Positions 1-12,862 of a stretch of DNA of 64,000 nt are shown piece by piece. Position numbers and translations under genes: made by a program. The notes below the pieces were generated by a model. It made no database searches, was not told the origin of the DNA, and saw nothing but the letters and a program-made list of their open reading frames with translations. The stretch's first letter is position 1. Each line of letters begins with the position of its first letter. This DNA is from Penicillus capitatus (taxonomy: Eukaryota; Plantae; Chlorophyta): positions 1,049,722 through 1,113,721 of the forward strand of contig OZ287703.1 of NCBI GenBank assembly GCA_965649825.1, read 5' to 3'.

Positions 1-59
1 AACATGATTGTCGGAGTTGTAGCGTTTCAGGACACTCGACAATCCAGACGTGGCAGTTC

Positions 60-899
60 GTCTGGGGTCTGGAGAAGACTTTGAAACTGTTCTACGGAGA
101 CACGAAGCTCAGCCAGATGGACACCGCTACCGCCGTCTATGCCTTTGATGTCGATCTCAGAAATCCAGTTCTCTTCGTCTACAACACGAGCCAACCGGAG
201 CCGCACAGCGACGCCATCCTAATCCAGTCGCAGGACACTTTTTTCATTCCGGACAGAGCCCGAAGCTTCCAAACACACATAAGGAGGTCGAGGGACGAAC
301 GCTACCTGGAGGCCCGTCGACAAGACTTCTATATTCGCGACCTCGGTCGCGCCAGCAGCGCCTTGCCTGCAGTCCATGCCGCGAAGAGATTTACTGCCGT
401 CAATAACAAGACCGCACAGTACGACTGCATCGACGGAGGGTTGGTTGCGCCAAATCCGACGCTGAATTCGTTGATGTTCATGCTGAGCATGAACACGATC
501 AGTGAGGTCGACAGAATTGCGACTCTGTCGCTCGGAACAGGCGCCGTGGTTGGCGATTACGCGTTGAATGCAGACAGCCCCTGGCGTTGGCTGACTTCCT
601 TAGACCTTTTCAGAGTCGTCATCGATTGCGGCAGCAAAGTCCCGCAGACCAATCTGTATGACATGTTCTATGATCAATTGCATGTCAGAGACAAACAGTT
701 TCTGAGAATTCAGCCACTCACAAACGACACCTCCAACTATGCAGAGGCTCTCAACTCAATCACAGATGTCAGTCAGCTGGATATGTTGAAGACGATTGGT
801 GAACTGGTTGCGAGGGACTACACGGATGATCTCGACGATTTTATTGAGGAGTTCATTTTCGGAACCGAAGAGAAGGACCCGGAGATGAAGAAGGCTTGA
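60..899 (+). pseudogene. 5'-deleted patatin-like phospholipase copy (C-terminal half only)
   Basis: Near-identical to 26752-27591. Positions 1-59 match 26040-26098, so ~653 bp carrying the ATG, signal peptide, DGGGLR and GVSGG motifs are missing. The DGG motif is kept and the frame is open to TGA 899; first ATG at 117. Confidence 0.8.
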
Positions 900-1509
900 G
901 GTCTTTCTTTATTCTTTAATGGAACGAATCCATCCTGTACACAAACGGAAGGCACAGGCATCTTGCGACTGAATTCATAATTCAGGGGGAGTTCAGATTG
1001 GAAAACTGACAAGGTTTTTAAAGGGAGTCCTCTGTTATAGAGCACGAGCAGACTGCGTCTTTACGCATCGTCGGATGATCTACTACTCTATGGGTCTCCG
1101 GTCGCGACAGGTGGTTTTTTTCTTAGCTCGCATCTCAAGATACATGGGACACCGGAACCGTCAGTAGTAGGGACGTCTTTTTCAAGAAGTGTTCACGGAA
1201 AGAGCGTTCCGAGATGGTCACCTGTGTCTCCTGCCTTACGAATAGACCCGTTGCCACGCGCATCTGGCTGTGGGCTATCGAATTCTGAACACGAGTTCAG
1301 CAAAATCACAATTCCCACGTGAGGTGTACAGCCGCGAGGAACCGTTCTCTGCATCCGAAGATTTATCTGCGCATGTGAAATGACGTTGACGGATAGTGAG
1401 GCGCTCGCACCACAAGGTCTCCTGTGCCAATCGTCGCCTTTTTCGCGCGTTTGCTGTGGATTACGCGTTCGTCGCGGTAGATTTATTCGGCACCCGCAGA
1501 GCTTGCCCA

Positions 1510-2456
1510 ATGATTCAAGAATCTTCGACTTACTTCCCCTTCGACGGCACCTGCAAATGCAGTCGCGACGGGGACACGACGCTCATATTCGATTCCGGCA
1601 CGTCCTTGAAAACGCATTCCGCTGTGCTAAAGATCTCCTCTTCCGTCTTCGATTCGATGCTGACAGACCGTATTGGGCTGAAGCAACTGACGCTTACAGA
1701 AACTTCTCGCGAGACGTGGGTACACATCCTGAACCATCTTCATCCGGCCGCAACACTCGTTTTTGGACCCTTCAATCCTGTTTATTATGTCGGTCAACTG
1801 GTGAGGGTTGTGTTTTTGAACGCGGAAAGTCATGTGTGGTGTCCAGACCGATTTGTTGGAACAAGCAAAGGTGTTCTCGTTGGCATCACTATTCACCCTA
1901 GTTGATGATGCACTGTGTCGCGAGAAGATTCTACTGAGCCAAGATTGAACCATAATCGCTGTCACATCACATGCATAAAATGGACAGGCGCGTTTATCTA
2001 ATAACTTCTTGTTTACGTTCTTTGTAACAAGGTTTCTGTTTCCGACGCAATCAATTACAAAGCAAAACTTGACACACTGTCAACGAATTTCCCAAAAGAA
2101 CTGAAATACAACACTCAGCAAAAAGATTCCGAGATAGAAGGAACGACACACAGTTGTCTTTACACCGCTGTGATTCGATTTGAACAGGAATTGCCAGTGA
2201 CCAGCGCGAAAGTCCGTGCGAATGTCGTCCAGTATTTGAAGAGTCTGCATTCTCATCAACCGAACTTCTTCCAACGGTTCACGCAACCGTCTGATGAACA
2301 AGTAAGAATGACCTATAATCTCTCTTAATTCACCATGCTCTGCCTTAGAATCAAGAGGGTCGGGCAAAGAGGGAACTTGCAAAAGAGATCATCGAAGACG
2401 CAAGTCGTGTCTTCTATAAGAAGCTAGTTGATGATTTGATCGACAACGTTCTGTGA
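1510..2456 (+). CDS. BTB/POZ protein, paralogue 1 (3 exons; exon 2 interrupted by a 159-bp insertion)
   Basis: MIQESSTYFPFDGTCKCSRDGD..LKTHSAVLKISSSVFDSML BTB signature. Intron 1801-1846, second intron before NQEG. Removing the insertion restores a full frame ending KKLVDDLIDNVL*. Confidence 0.8.
1916..2074. mobile_element. Solo-LTR-like insertion (159 bp, TGTC...GACA ends, 5-bp TSD CACTG)
   Basis: CACTG at 1911-1915 and 2075-2079. The insert is absent from the paralogue at ~40430 (gatgcactatccacgaatttt). Confidence 0.7.
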
Positions 2457-2659
2457 TATTGAAACCTATGCCGATGATTGCGTTTCTACCGTTGCATAAA
2501 GTCAGCAACAGTCCTTTTCGAAACGTTGGGCATCTGGGAGTTTAAGACGATTTTTTGCTGTGACGGTGCTTTTTGCTGTAAGGTGGAAGGACACAAGTAC
2601 CTCGGTGAAAGGACAAGTTTATAGCGCTGTCGGCGTGTCAAGACTGAATCTCTAGTATC

Positions 2660-3760
2660 CGTCGTCGTCGCATATCTTCGGCCTGTTCGTGTGATCATAG
2701 TTGAAGTGGCTTTCTGATACCAAATCTTTGCACCAAATGTAGAAGAAGATACTTTCAGTTAACTTGATATACGCTTTAGTGTCAGATAACTGTAGAAAAA
2801 GATCTAAAAGGAAAGTGTGACATGACTGCCCCGTTGTCTACACAGAAGCCCTGTGAGACGTTCGAGGGTTTCGGAATTCTCTGCGTAGTGAAAAAGACTC
2901 TTAGGAGTTCCTTTGCGTCTGTCGTTTGTCCAGGGTGTCGCCGAGCGATGTGACGCTGCCTCGTTTCTGAGAAGGCCACATCCTGGGGGGTCTTGGTTGA
3001 ATCACCCAAGGCCATTTTCTCTGGTTTTGAGGCTAGGGTGATTCACCTGCCTCGTCGAGTCGCATCACCATGCGAGTATATAACGCGCAGTTAGAACCAC
3101 TGAACGCCTTGCTCTGTAAACTTGTTAAGTCTTCCGCTGTAGTTCGTTTTCGTTCGGCGCCTCCGCGCGACACAGGGAAGGCGCTTATTGAAACAGAAGA
3201 GGAGATTGACTGTTCCACAAGGAGAATGGCGAAGCACTGCTGACCCGAAACGTATTCGACAGACTTCGCCGTTTCTCGTTTGTATTCGCCATGCTCTTCT
3301 GCACGTCTTGTAAGTCCGTCGCACCTCTACACTCCCGAATTCGGAACAAACCTACAAAGATTCCGTTGTCGCTGCATATTTACTCAGATCTTTCAACGTT
3401 ATCGGACACTGTGTCGAATCTGAATTCTTCTAGTGCCCGTCGTGACCTTTCAATCTCGAAGGTAAATCTGGCATACACGAGATTGTCGAACTGTACGCAT
3501 GTCTTGTGAAGCGGACGCACCTCGACGTCCAGATACGTTTTGAGCAGGAGGATACTGGAACGGTGCGTAAACCTTGCACGAAAAACCGCATCCACACATT
3601 ACTCTGTTCGAAGATTCTTTCCATTCTGAAGTCGACGTTCTGATTTGCAAAGGGAAGTGTCTCCATGACGTGAGGTCTTAGTCGCGCATCCAAATCCGTC
3701 CTTAAGGTATTTTTCAACTCACTTCTCTGTTTGGAATATTAGCTGTGGTAGGGGTGCGTC
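2660..3760 (-). pseudogene. Unidentified multi-exon gene/pseudogene; paralogue at 35216-35880
   Basis: Spliceable exons read PHVMETLPFANQNVDFRMERIFEQSNVWMRFF..WTSR|FTFEIER..|GATDLQDVQK; 1-nt frameshift relative to the 35-kb copy. Confidence 0.45.
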
Positions 3761-4269
3761 GTCATTTCTTGTCAGACTCGGCGAAGAAACGGACGAGTAC
3801 TTCAAAACGGGGATCGGAAGAACGGTGAGGAGCGACCTAAAGAAAAAAGCTCAACGAGACCTTGTCGGCGAGGCTTGAGACCGTTGTCGCCTTCTCCCCT
3901 AGGCGATGTCCTTGCTTGTGGTTGCTCGGATAGGCCAAACTTCATACACAAGACGCTTTGCAGACGCATGTGCAGAACTCCTGTCGAGTGAAGTCGCCTG
4001 CATGCGATGTCGTGGACGAAGACGCTGCTAAAGCCCTCATCGTTCGGTTTTTGCGAAGAGAGACGAGAGGCGCGGCGTTTTCGTCACGTCATATACTTAA
4101 AAACTGTCACAGAGAAAGCCCATTGCTCTCGCTATCAGATGCGAGATGCTTGTCAATCTTTTCAGGATCTAGAATAAAAAAGAGTCCCGTCACAGCTTCG
4201 AATATTGAGCCCGTCTAGAACTCAGCTTGGGAAGAAAAAAGATTATCTGGTGGATGGAGGATGGTCCGT

Positions 4270-7200
4270 TCAGGCGTCGACGTCCAGAGGGTCGGAGATC
4301 TCCGGCTCTTCGGACGTCGGAGAACATAACTTGCCAATCAGATGCTTGACTTTGTAGCCAATCCAGTGCATCAGAACACAGAACATGCTGACATCGGATG
4401 CAAAGCGCTCGTCTTGCTCGCTCATCTCATGTCTCAGGAACTTAGCTGCGAACTTGAGAATGTAGAAAACGAAAACAAGAAACAAGATGACATTCAGCAA
4501 AGCACACGCGACGGTAAGCAGCACACGAGTGACGTTTTCCGGATAGCTCTCGTCCTTGAGCATAGAAGCTGCCAACGTCGTCGCCACCGACACGAAAAGA
4601 GACGCCAGTTCCATTCCATTCAGGTCTTTGAAGTCCTCTCGGTACGGCATCGCCAGAATCTGAGCCAGGATAGCAAGCATGATGATGTATGCGACGCCGG
4701 TGATCGGCACGCCACTGTCAAACAGGTGCGCGCAGAACACAAGAAAGGAAATAGTAACCTTCCTGGCTACGATGACGAGTTCCCAGTACACACGAAGATC
4801 CATTCTGTATGAGCGGTAAAGGAATCCGGTCGTCTGGTAAGCCCAGCCACGCTTGTAGATGAGGTGCTGGAATGGACTCTTGAGGTAGTAGATGAAGAGG
4901 GCTAGAAGTCCACCATACACTGGACACACAAACGCAACGACCACTCCGTAAATGAGTTTCCTGTGGTCGTCTTCGTAGCACTGCATGCCCGTATCGACCG
5001 CCCAATACACACGCATCACGTCGACCTTCGTGAAGTCCGCCGAATCGTGCACGTCGACGCACAGGAAGACGCTCAGGGCAGTCTTCAGCACCGGCACGAG
5101 GGTGATGTACCAGATGACCATTGCCGTAAGCAAGCATCTCTTCGACAGGTAGCGGGGAAGTCCGTCGCTTTCCTGTCTCGCCGATTTTGCCGCCCAGAAA
5201 ACGATCCAACAGAGAAACACGGTACAGGGGACGATGCACACGTTGACGACGAGTGCCAACGCCGTCGGTTGCAAGGACAGGTCCTTTGAAGATAGACAAA
5301 CGACGGAGCGTCGAATGCCGTCGGACGCGAGACCGCCCAGCAATTCTGGAAACAGCGCAACGGTCGACAATCATGGACTTCCGAAATCATGACTCACCTC
5401 CGATTGTTGCCATAACGACGACCGGAATCGCCCATCCAACGTCAAGGGAAGCCAGTAGAACAGTCGTTTGAACGTAACTTAGAGTGATCTGGAAGACAGC
5501 GCGTTCAGTACGAGATGAACAAAGTGACTTGTACCTTGAACATCTCGACCGCCTTCCATTTCGCCAATGTTTTCTCGGACGCGGGCAATCCGACGGCTTG
5601 AACCTGCGATGCATTCGTTCAATGGGTGAAAAGTCTACATTGTTCTGTGCCCACTTCCGTCCGCGGGAGTGAAGGCTCGCTCTCTTCCGCCGATGAAGAT
5701 GGAATGCTCCGGCCGCGAGTCTGCTCAGCGGTTCCACGCAGAGCGCCGAGTGTTCCGTGGATCGTGATGATCGTCATCACCAAGAGAATGATCGCCGAAG
5801 TCATAATGTATGCCACGTTGTAGAACCCCTTCAGGCATTTGTTGCATTTCGATGACAGACCAGAGCCGAAGTCTTCTTCACAGGATCCACAAAGCGGACC
5901 CGTATGACCCTGTTGGAACAGAAAAGGAGAGATGATAAAACATTCGGAGACTGGAGAATGCGTTTTACTTCGGCACACTGAGCTTGTGCGTAGACTTCGA
6001 TCCATTCTCTATCGAAATCGCAGCTCGAGACCTCTTTGACCATGGCCTTCAAGTTCTCGGACCGGTCTTCAAACTCACAGGCAGAAGCTGGCAGGCATCT
6101 GTGAAGTTGATCCGAACAGGGCGTCCGGTGCCAGTAGCCTTCATTTGGTGTGATCACGCGAAACTCGCAGTTGCCATTTTCGGGGCAGGGCAGGCAAACA
6201 TATGCTTGTGCATGGAAGTTGTACTCCGTGGTACCGCAGTCCACACAAATTCCACGTGTCGAGTTTTTCTCGCCAATAATACAGCTTCGGACTCTCACGG
6301 TGACATCAACGTTTTCGATTTCCCCTTCTCCAAATTCGACAGTCAGCTTGTATTCTCCTGGAGGGACAAAGCTTGTGATGGATCGAAAAGTGCACGTCCA
6401 CAGTTCCATTGGAATGACGACTGGACTTGTGAAGAACTGACCGGACAGAGAGGACATGTTGGCTGCGACTGGAAGGTAGCTGCTGGCAGGTCCCTGTCGT
6501 AGATCATCCAATAGCTCCACTCTTGCGGATGGCAATTCTGTGCCACTGCGATATCCTTCTATCACACAGCTCTCGCCTCCGCTTACGCAAACGGACTTGT
6601 TGGCATTCTCGATCGTCAGCTCTGCAGTTGCGGCGTATGTCGCGACATCATGCCCGTAAGAGACAGCGGTATTGGCTTTCCACGACGAGCAGATGTCGTC
6701 AACTGATTCAAGGTAGCTGAGGGCACGCCATTCCTTCTCCGCGTAGAGGCTCAGATCGGAATCTGGCGAAGCGTCGTTGCAGCGAAACCGAATAGCTTCT
6801 TTGTAGCCAGCGAAGACTGCTCCTCCTCCAACCCTCGCCTCATTGTCATGGAACTGTGTCTCTATCAGAGCCACAGTCGGACAGTCGGTGCTGTTTTCCA
6901 AGCATTCTTTCTTCTTTTCGCTGCAGACGAAGAAGAGTCCGCCTAAAGACAAACGTTAGAAGAAGTCTCATTCTTGCAAATCGATTGCCTACCTCCCAGT
7001 TCAGCCGCATTATTCTCAAAGCGGCTACGGACGAACTGCAAGGCCAGGCTCTGCTCGAATTCGGCGTCTAAGTTAACTGCACCACCATTGCCTCCCTTGG
7101 CCGAGTTGTTGCGGAACACACAGTTGGAGCAGAGAAGTGACGAGGACTCGAGTCCAAGCACGCCGCCGCCGTCGACTTCTGCCTCACAATGCGTTATGGA

Positions 7201-10200
7201 AAGATTGATCCCCTTCAAATGAGATCCATCCAACCAGATCGCTCCCCCGTTCATCGATCTTCCTTGAACAATGCTGGCGTCATTCACAATGATCGAGCTG
7301 TTTCCTGATGCCGATGCAAAACCGCCTGTGGCACCTGCGGAGCTCAAGGAGAAGTACGACTGTGTGATGCTAACAGTCGAGTTCTCCGCGTACAAGAAAC
7401 CACCGCTTCTAACAGAGCTGCTGTTTCGTGCATTTGTCCACTTCAACTTAATTCTCGAGACATCCGCGTACAAGAAACCGCCGTCCTTGCTTGCCTTGTT
7501 GCCATTTGCGTTTATAGTAATGAGTGTCACATTTGAGAGCTCAGCGTCCAAAAACCCGCCATTTGATGCTCTGTTGGCCGTTGCTTTAGTGTTAACCAAC
7601 TTCACGCTAGAGGTGTCTGCGTACAGGAAACCGCCAGTTTGAACTGCGCTGTTGGCATTCGCGTTTGTGCCGATAAGCGTCACATTTGAGTTTTTGGCGT
7701 TCAAGAACCCGCCATATGATGCTCTGTTGGCCGTCGCGTTAGAGTTAACCAACTTCACGCTAGAGGTGTCTGCGTACAGGAAACCACCGTACTTTCTTGC
7801 TCTGTTAAGATTCGCGTTTATGTGCTCCAGCGTCACATAGGAGTTCTCGGCGCGCAAGAACCCGCCATATGATGCTCTGTTGGCCGTCGCGTTAGAGTTA
7901 ACCAACTTCACGCTAGAGGTTTCTGCGTACAAAAAACCACCAGATGTGACTGCGCTGTTAAGATTCGCGTTGGTACGCTTCAACCTCATGTTAGAATCGC
8001 TTGCGCAGATGAATCCGCCGAACTGCGCCGTGTTATTAGCGGCGTCGGTTTCGTCTAGATTCACTGTGGAGCCATCCGCGTACATGAATCCACCACCCTC
8101 TTTAGCATTGTTGCCATTCGCGTTTGTGCCGATAAGCGTCACATTTGAGTTTTTGGCGTTTAAGAACGCGCCATATGATGCTCTGTTGGCCGTCGCGTTA
8201 GTGTGCACCAGCTTCATGTTCGAATCGAATGCACTGATGAACCCGCCGAACTTTGCCGTGTTATTAGCGGCGTCGGTTTCGTCCAGATTCACTGTGGAGC
8301 CATCCGCGTACATGAATCCACCACCCTCTTTAGCATTGTTGCCATTCGCGTTTGTGCCGATAAGCGTCACATTTGAGTTCCCGGCGCGCAAGAATCCGCC
8401 ATATAATGCTCTGTTGGCCGTCGCGTTAGAGTTAACCAACTTCACGCTAGAGGTTTCTGCGTACAAAAAACCACCAGTTTGAACTGCGCTGTTGGCATTC
8501 GCGTTTGTGCCGATAAGCGTCACATTTGAGTCTTCAGCGTCCAAAAACCCGCCATTTGATGCTCTGTTAGCCGTTGCTTTAGTGTTAACCAACTTCACGC
8601 TAGAGGTGTCTGCGTACAGGAAACCGCCAGTTTGAACTGCGCTGTTGGCATTCGCGTTTGTGCCGATAAGCGTCACATTTGAGTTTTTGGCGTTCAAGAA
8701 CCCGCCATATGATGCTCTGTTGGCCGTCGCGTTAGAGTTAACCAACTTCATGTTCGAATCGAATGCACTGATGAACCCGCCCCAGTCTGCCGTGTTGTTA
8801 GCGGTGTCGGTTTCGTCTAGATCCACTGTGGAGCCATCCGCGTACATGAATCCACCGCTCTTTTTGGCGATGTTGCCGTTCGCGTTCGTGTGTTCCAGCA
8901 TCACTTTCGAGTTCTCTGCGCCGAGGAATCCGCCACGGCCATGTGCTGTATTGTTCAGTGCTATTGTGTGCTTGAACTCCAGCTCTGAGCCTTCCGCGTA
9001 AACACAGCCACCCTCATCAGACGCGACATTGTCGCTGAACTCGGAGCGGAACACGGAAATCTTCGACTCTTCGGCGAGGATCACGGGTCCTGTAAAGCCT
9101 TCGTTTGCAACGAACGTGCACTTCTCTACTTTGACTGACGACTTTGTCGAATGAACACAGTGATGCTTCGTCTCTTCGTCGATTCGTGTACCCAGAACAT
9201 TCCTTCGGAACGATGCATTCGACAGTGAAATGTCGCTTTCTAGGATACGAATAATGGTGAGTTTGTTTCCGGAGGCGGCGAATCCTCGCAGCTTGGTACT
9301 TGACGAGATGTGACCGTAGAACAAGGAAGAATGCTGCTCATCCGCGTCGGTGACTCTGTTCCCGTAGCAGGTGCAATTATCCAGTCGGTTTTTCTGTGCA
9401 AGGTGAACACCGCAGGCTTCGCCTGAGCAGATGTTGTCCGAGATCTCCACTTCGACCATCTTCAGTTCGGAACAGGATGGGGAAGATATTCGGAGTGCCG
9501 ACGCTGCAGTCAGGTCGTTTTGTCGGAACTCTAAACGGCGCAAAGCCACGAGACCAGGAGTATCTTCAGTGCGGCACGCTGCCACTTCGATTAGCGACTG
9601 GGCTTCGTATGTGCCGTCGAATACGCACCTCTCGATGATGAGATCGACAAAAGTAACGTTCGTGGACCTACGAGCGAACAGAGAATAACTATCTCACTCG
9701 AAGCTGTCTGTCTTACTCTACGAAAAAGAGTCCGGAGTTCTTGTGAGGACACGTGAATCTTGTCTTTGTGGTCGAATTTGAAAAGAAGCCGTCGTTAGAG
9801 TCGGTGCTGTCGACTTGGGTGGCGAGGGTCAGTTGCCGAGGAATGATGACACGCGACGACGGGCGCACAACGTCTGTCACGTTGAAAGAGATGATGTCTC
9901 CATCTTTGGTGCAGTCGACGACTTTCTGCAAGTCGTTGTCAATTTCTTTTAGGACAGCGCTGCTGACGAGCCACGTCTTGCCGTCCTCAGACGTGTACCT
10001 GTCTCGCGCGTCTCTCGACAAGGCACATTCGAAACCTAGCATATTTAGAATTCATTAAAATGCGGTGTTCTGTGCGACACGTAAGAAGAGCCGAACCTTT
10101 AGCGGTTTCTCGTCCGGATGTGTCAGACTGCAGCGGCGCGTGGTCTTCGTTGACCGTCTACAGACAGAAGACACGATGGCAAATGTCCGTGTCGCTGAAT

Positions 10201-10482
10201 GGCGGCAGGCGAATTCGAGACATACCTCTCGAGCGTGTTGTGTGGTAAAGTCGAATGGTGTTTCAGACGGTGTGGGTTGCCGTTTATCGTCCATTTCGCC
10301 TAAAAACACCGGACGGCACCACTGAAGAGTTGCGACGAAGCTAGCATCGGAAGACCATGGACTGTAGACGCGGCGTCTGGCGGACGCATTAACGCGCTTT
10401 GAACAGCGCGCGTATGTCCGACTCCCTGCGCAAACGCGCAGAAGAGCAGACAGAGCTTGAGGCAGGAAAGAGAAGTTCGCAT
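4270..10482 (-). CDS. Large surface receptor-like protein: signal peptide, Pmp-like (GG-F/A, N-rich) beta-helix repeats, Cys-rich region, multi-pass TM C-terminus
   Basis: Signal peptide MRTSLSCLKLCLLFCAFAQG at 10482. Colinear exon ORFs 10055-10309, 9713-10042, 6943-9585, 5831-6952, ~5400-5890 and 4270-5370. Cys-rich motifs (CLPCPENGNC, GPLCGSC) and several hydrophobic segments. Confidence 0.85.
7249..9012 (-). repeat. Intragenic tandem array of ~23 units of 25-26 aa (75-78 bp)
   Basis: Units such as GGFLYADTSSVKLVNSNATANRASY, GGFLNAKNSNVTLIGTNANANSAVQT and GGFMYADGSTVNLDETDAANNTAKF; several are near-identical at DNA level. Confidence 0.95.
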
Positions 10483-12499
10483 CGTGTGGACGTAAAACGA
10501 ACGCAGTATGAAACGTGCAGAATGGATACGTTCGTTTTGTAGATCATCAACAGATGATTGCTGCGTCGACTGAAAAGACAGATGCGTCTTGTTCTCTCTC
10601 CGCGGACATGACGCGTCATGGATAGACTGACAGACGGAAACGTCTTCGCCGAACCGTTGTCGTTCTCGACTGACGATGTCAACAGAATGGCGACAGTCGA
10701 GGCATCAAGATAGAAGAGATCGAGGTCTTTATTCTGTCCTTCCTTCCTTGCGCCTGGGTTTCAAGCATGACGTTGAATCTCTTCCAAACGCTCTTAGCTG
10801 CGCCAGATGACATTGTCCGTAAGACGGTGATTTGACTGGCAGATGTCGTTCTGCAGAGGACTGAGTGCAACGAAGCTATCATCGTCGCTTCGATACTGAC
10901 CGAAGACTCCGTGCCGCACAAGGACGCGAGATGTCTATGGATTTACCTCGGCGATGATGCCGTCGGAAGTGTGTCACGAGGCTGAAGGCTGTAGAACGGA
11001 GAATGGCGTATCCACAAGCTCCGGTGCGCATTGACACATTCTTCCTGTGATTGCCTTAAAGCGAGTCATCGTTGTGTTCAGGATTCTGCATCCGTTTCTC
11101 ACTCTCCGTTGTAGTATGGTTTAGAAACTGGGAATCGAGGAATCGAGGAATCGATCGATCCAAGTCTCTCAACCGTAGCTGACAGATCTGGCTTGGAGTC
11201 GAATGATTCTGTCGTCATGCGTCGATGCTGGTACAGCTCGAGGATGACATGAGGCAATCAATGATCAAAATGAGCTGCGCGCAAAGAGCGCTCATTCATC
11301 ATCGCACTCTCAGAACCGATATCGTTGGAACGACAAACCAGAACAGAGCTGTGTTGTCGGCAGACTTACCTTCAATCCAGATTTTGACCATTGGATGTGT
11401 TTTCAGTGCCACAGTGGTCTTGTGACACTTGCACACCAAGTTATGCTTTCTTTGAATGAGGATTCGTCAAGATACCAGTGATCATTTGTCGTAATGAGTC
11501 ATTCTCCGTGCATCTTATCGTAATAAGTGATATGCACAAGGATTGTGCTATTCTAAGAGGAAGGTATGAAGATGCGTCTCGGAAGGGATACTAAGAATGA
11601 TCACTCATCGAGAGAGGATTTGCTTAAAAGGGTGTCCTGCGATAGGTGATTTCCTGCTGACTGAGATGTCATAATTATTCCTAATTTCCACACGCTGTAG
11701 GGTGGTCCATGTAAGGATCGCCTCGAATAAATGCCGTTCTTTGGTAGATCTGTCGTCCAACTCTTTACTCTCCTCCACTTGGCAACGGCGAAGGATGGAG
11801 ACAGCAGAAAGAAGTCAGTCCTTACCTTCAGTGGCCAGATAGACCTCGACGGTGACTGAGTCCGTTGATTTACTGGTTGGCATGGTCATCCCTTGGATGT
11901 CCGCAGTGGCGCCAAAGGTTTGAGTGACGATGATGAGTGGAGTGAAAGACCCTCGTGTTGGTATCAAGTTGGAAGTTGTTCGATCAGATGACGGACGTTG
12001 AACTGAACCCAACAGCATATATAACTTCTCGCTACTAGTCTTCGAGCGGTTCAAGTCCATCATCGCGATTGTCAGATTGGTTCGCTCTGGCCAATCGGAA
12101 TGCAGTTTAGATCCATGGCGAGGAGTGTCCCCGATCATCTTCCGTGCGATTAAACTGACGCCACTGTCGACTGCTTCATTCAATCAGCTAACTAGGGGGT
12201 ACCCAGCTTGACCACTAAATAATGGCCTGATGCGTTTCTTGCTGGTGCAAATTAGAGATTAGACTACGAGCAATGAGTTCTTTGTATCGTATCTAATGGA
12301 GGAGGTTCACAATCAATCTGAAGACTTAAGTGAGCTAACTTCTATTGTAAAAAGGTGGCCACCGAGACAGATGCAACATCTCTAATCGTCTGAAGGCCGT
12401 AGCTACAGTCTTGGACCATCTTCATGCACACAGTGCCCCAAAAGTCGTGCGAGTAGTCGAGCGCTCGAGTCTCGGACTGTCGTGTGTATGAAGAACTTA

Positions 12500-12862
12500 C
12501 TTACAGTAGTGATTGTTCCGTAAAGTAGATGAGAAAAGACATTAAGCAGAGTAAAGAGTGCAAAGCCTCGTAAGAGGGTTCATTCCAGTTGTCGATTCTT
12601 AAAGTCGCGTTCCTGGAAAAGCTTCCATTATTGGTTCAATCCAACTGAAAGATTCGTTGAAAGTTATGGAGTCGTCAACGCATTTGTCATCATCCTTGAG
12701 ATATGATAATTGACAGATGTCAAGACGCGAAGACGCAGAGAGCGGCAATACGTGTGCAAGGACTTTCAGAATAGCTCCGCCGTAGTCTTCGTGGGAAGCA
12801 ACTTTTGGATCGGTGTCATTAAGAACGGCAATGCTGTTTTTCAGGGAAATAACGGGAGACAT
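12500..12862 (-). pseudogene. Decayed unidentified sequence family, also at ~29300-29790 and ~41160-41640
   Basis: Shared DNA blocks (taaagt.g.gttcctgga, acagatgtc.a.acg, gtagatgagaa) and shared peptides RLDIC(Q/E)L and PGT(R/P)L. Confidence 0.4.

Larger units (their letters stand above)
1..2456 (+). repeat. Segmental duplication unit (patatin + spacer + BTB gene), copy A; copy B at 26040-29051
   Basis: Colinear similarity of coding and non-coding DNA, e.g. 899-1500 vs 27591-28190. Confidence 0.9.

Noticed and set aside
1380-1901. Many overlapping alternative-frame and antisense ORFs in the ORF track (also across 44-63 kb)
   Set aside because: They are shadows of real genes in GC-balanced DNA, with no motifs
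7249-9012. Regular 75-78 bp repeats resembling a CRISPR array
   Set aside because: They are in-frame coding repeats with no constant repeat/unique spacer pattern and no cas genes
11129-11160. GAATCGAG short tandem repeat
   Set aside because: Fewer than three units; ordinary slippage
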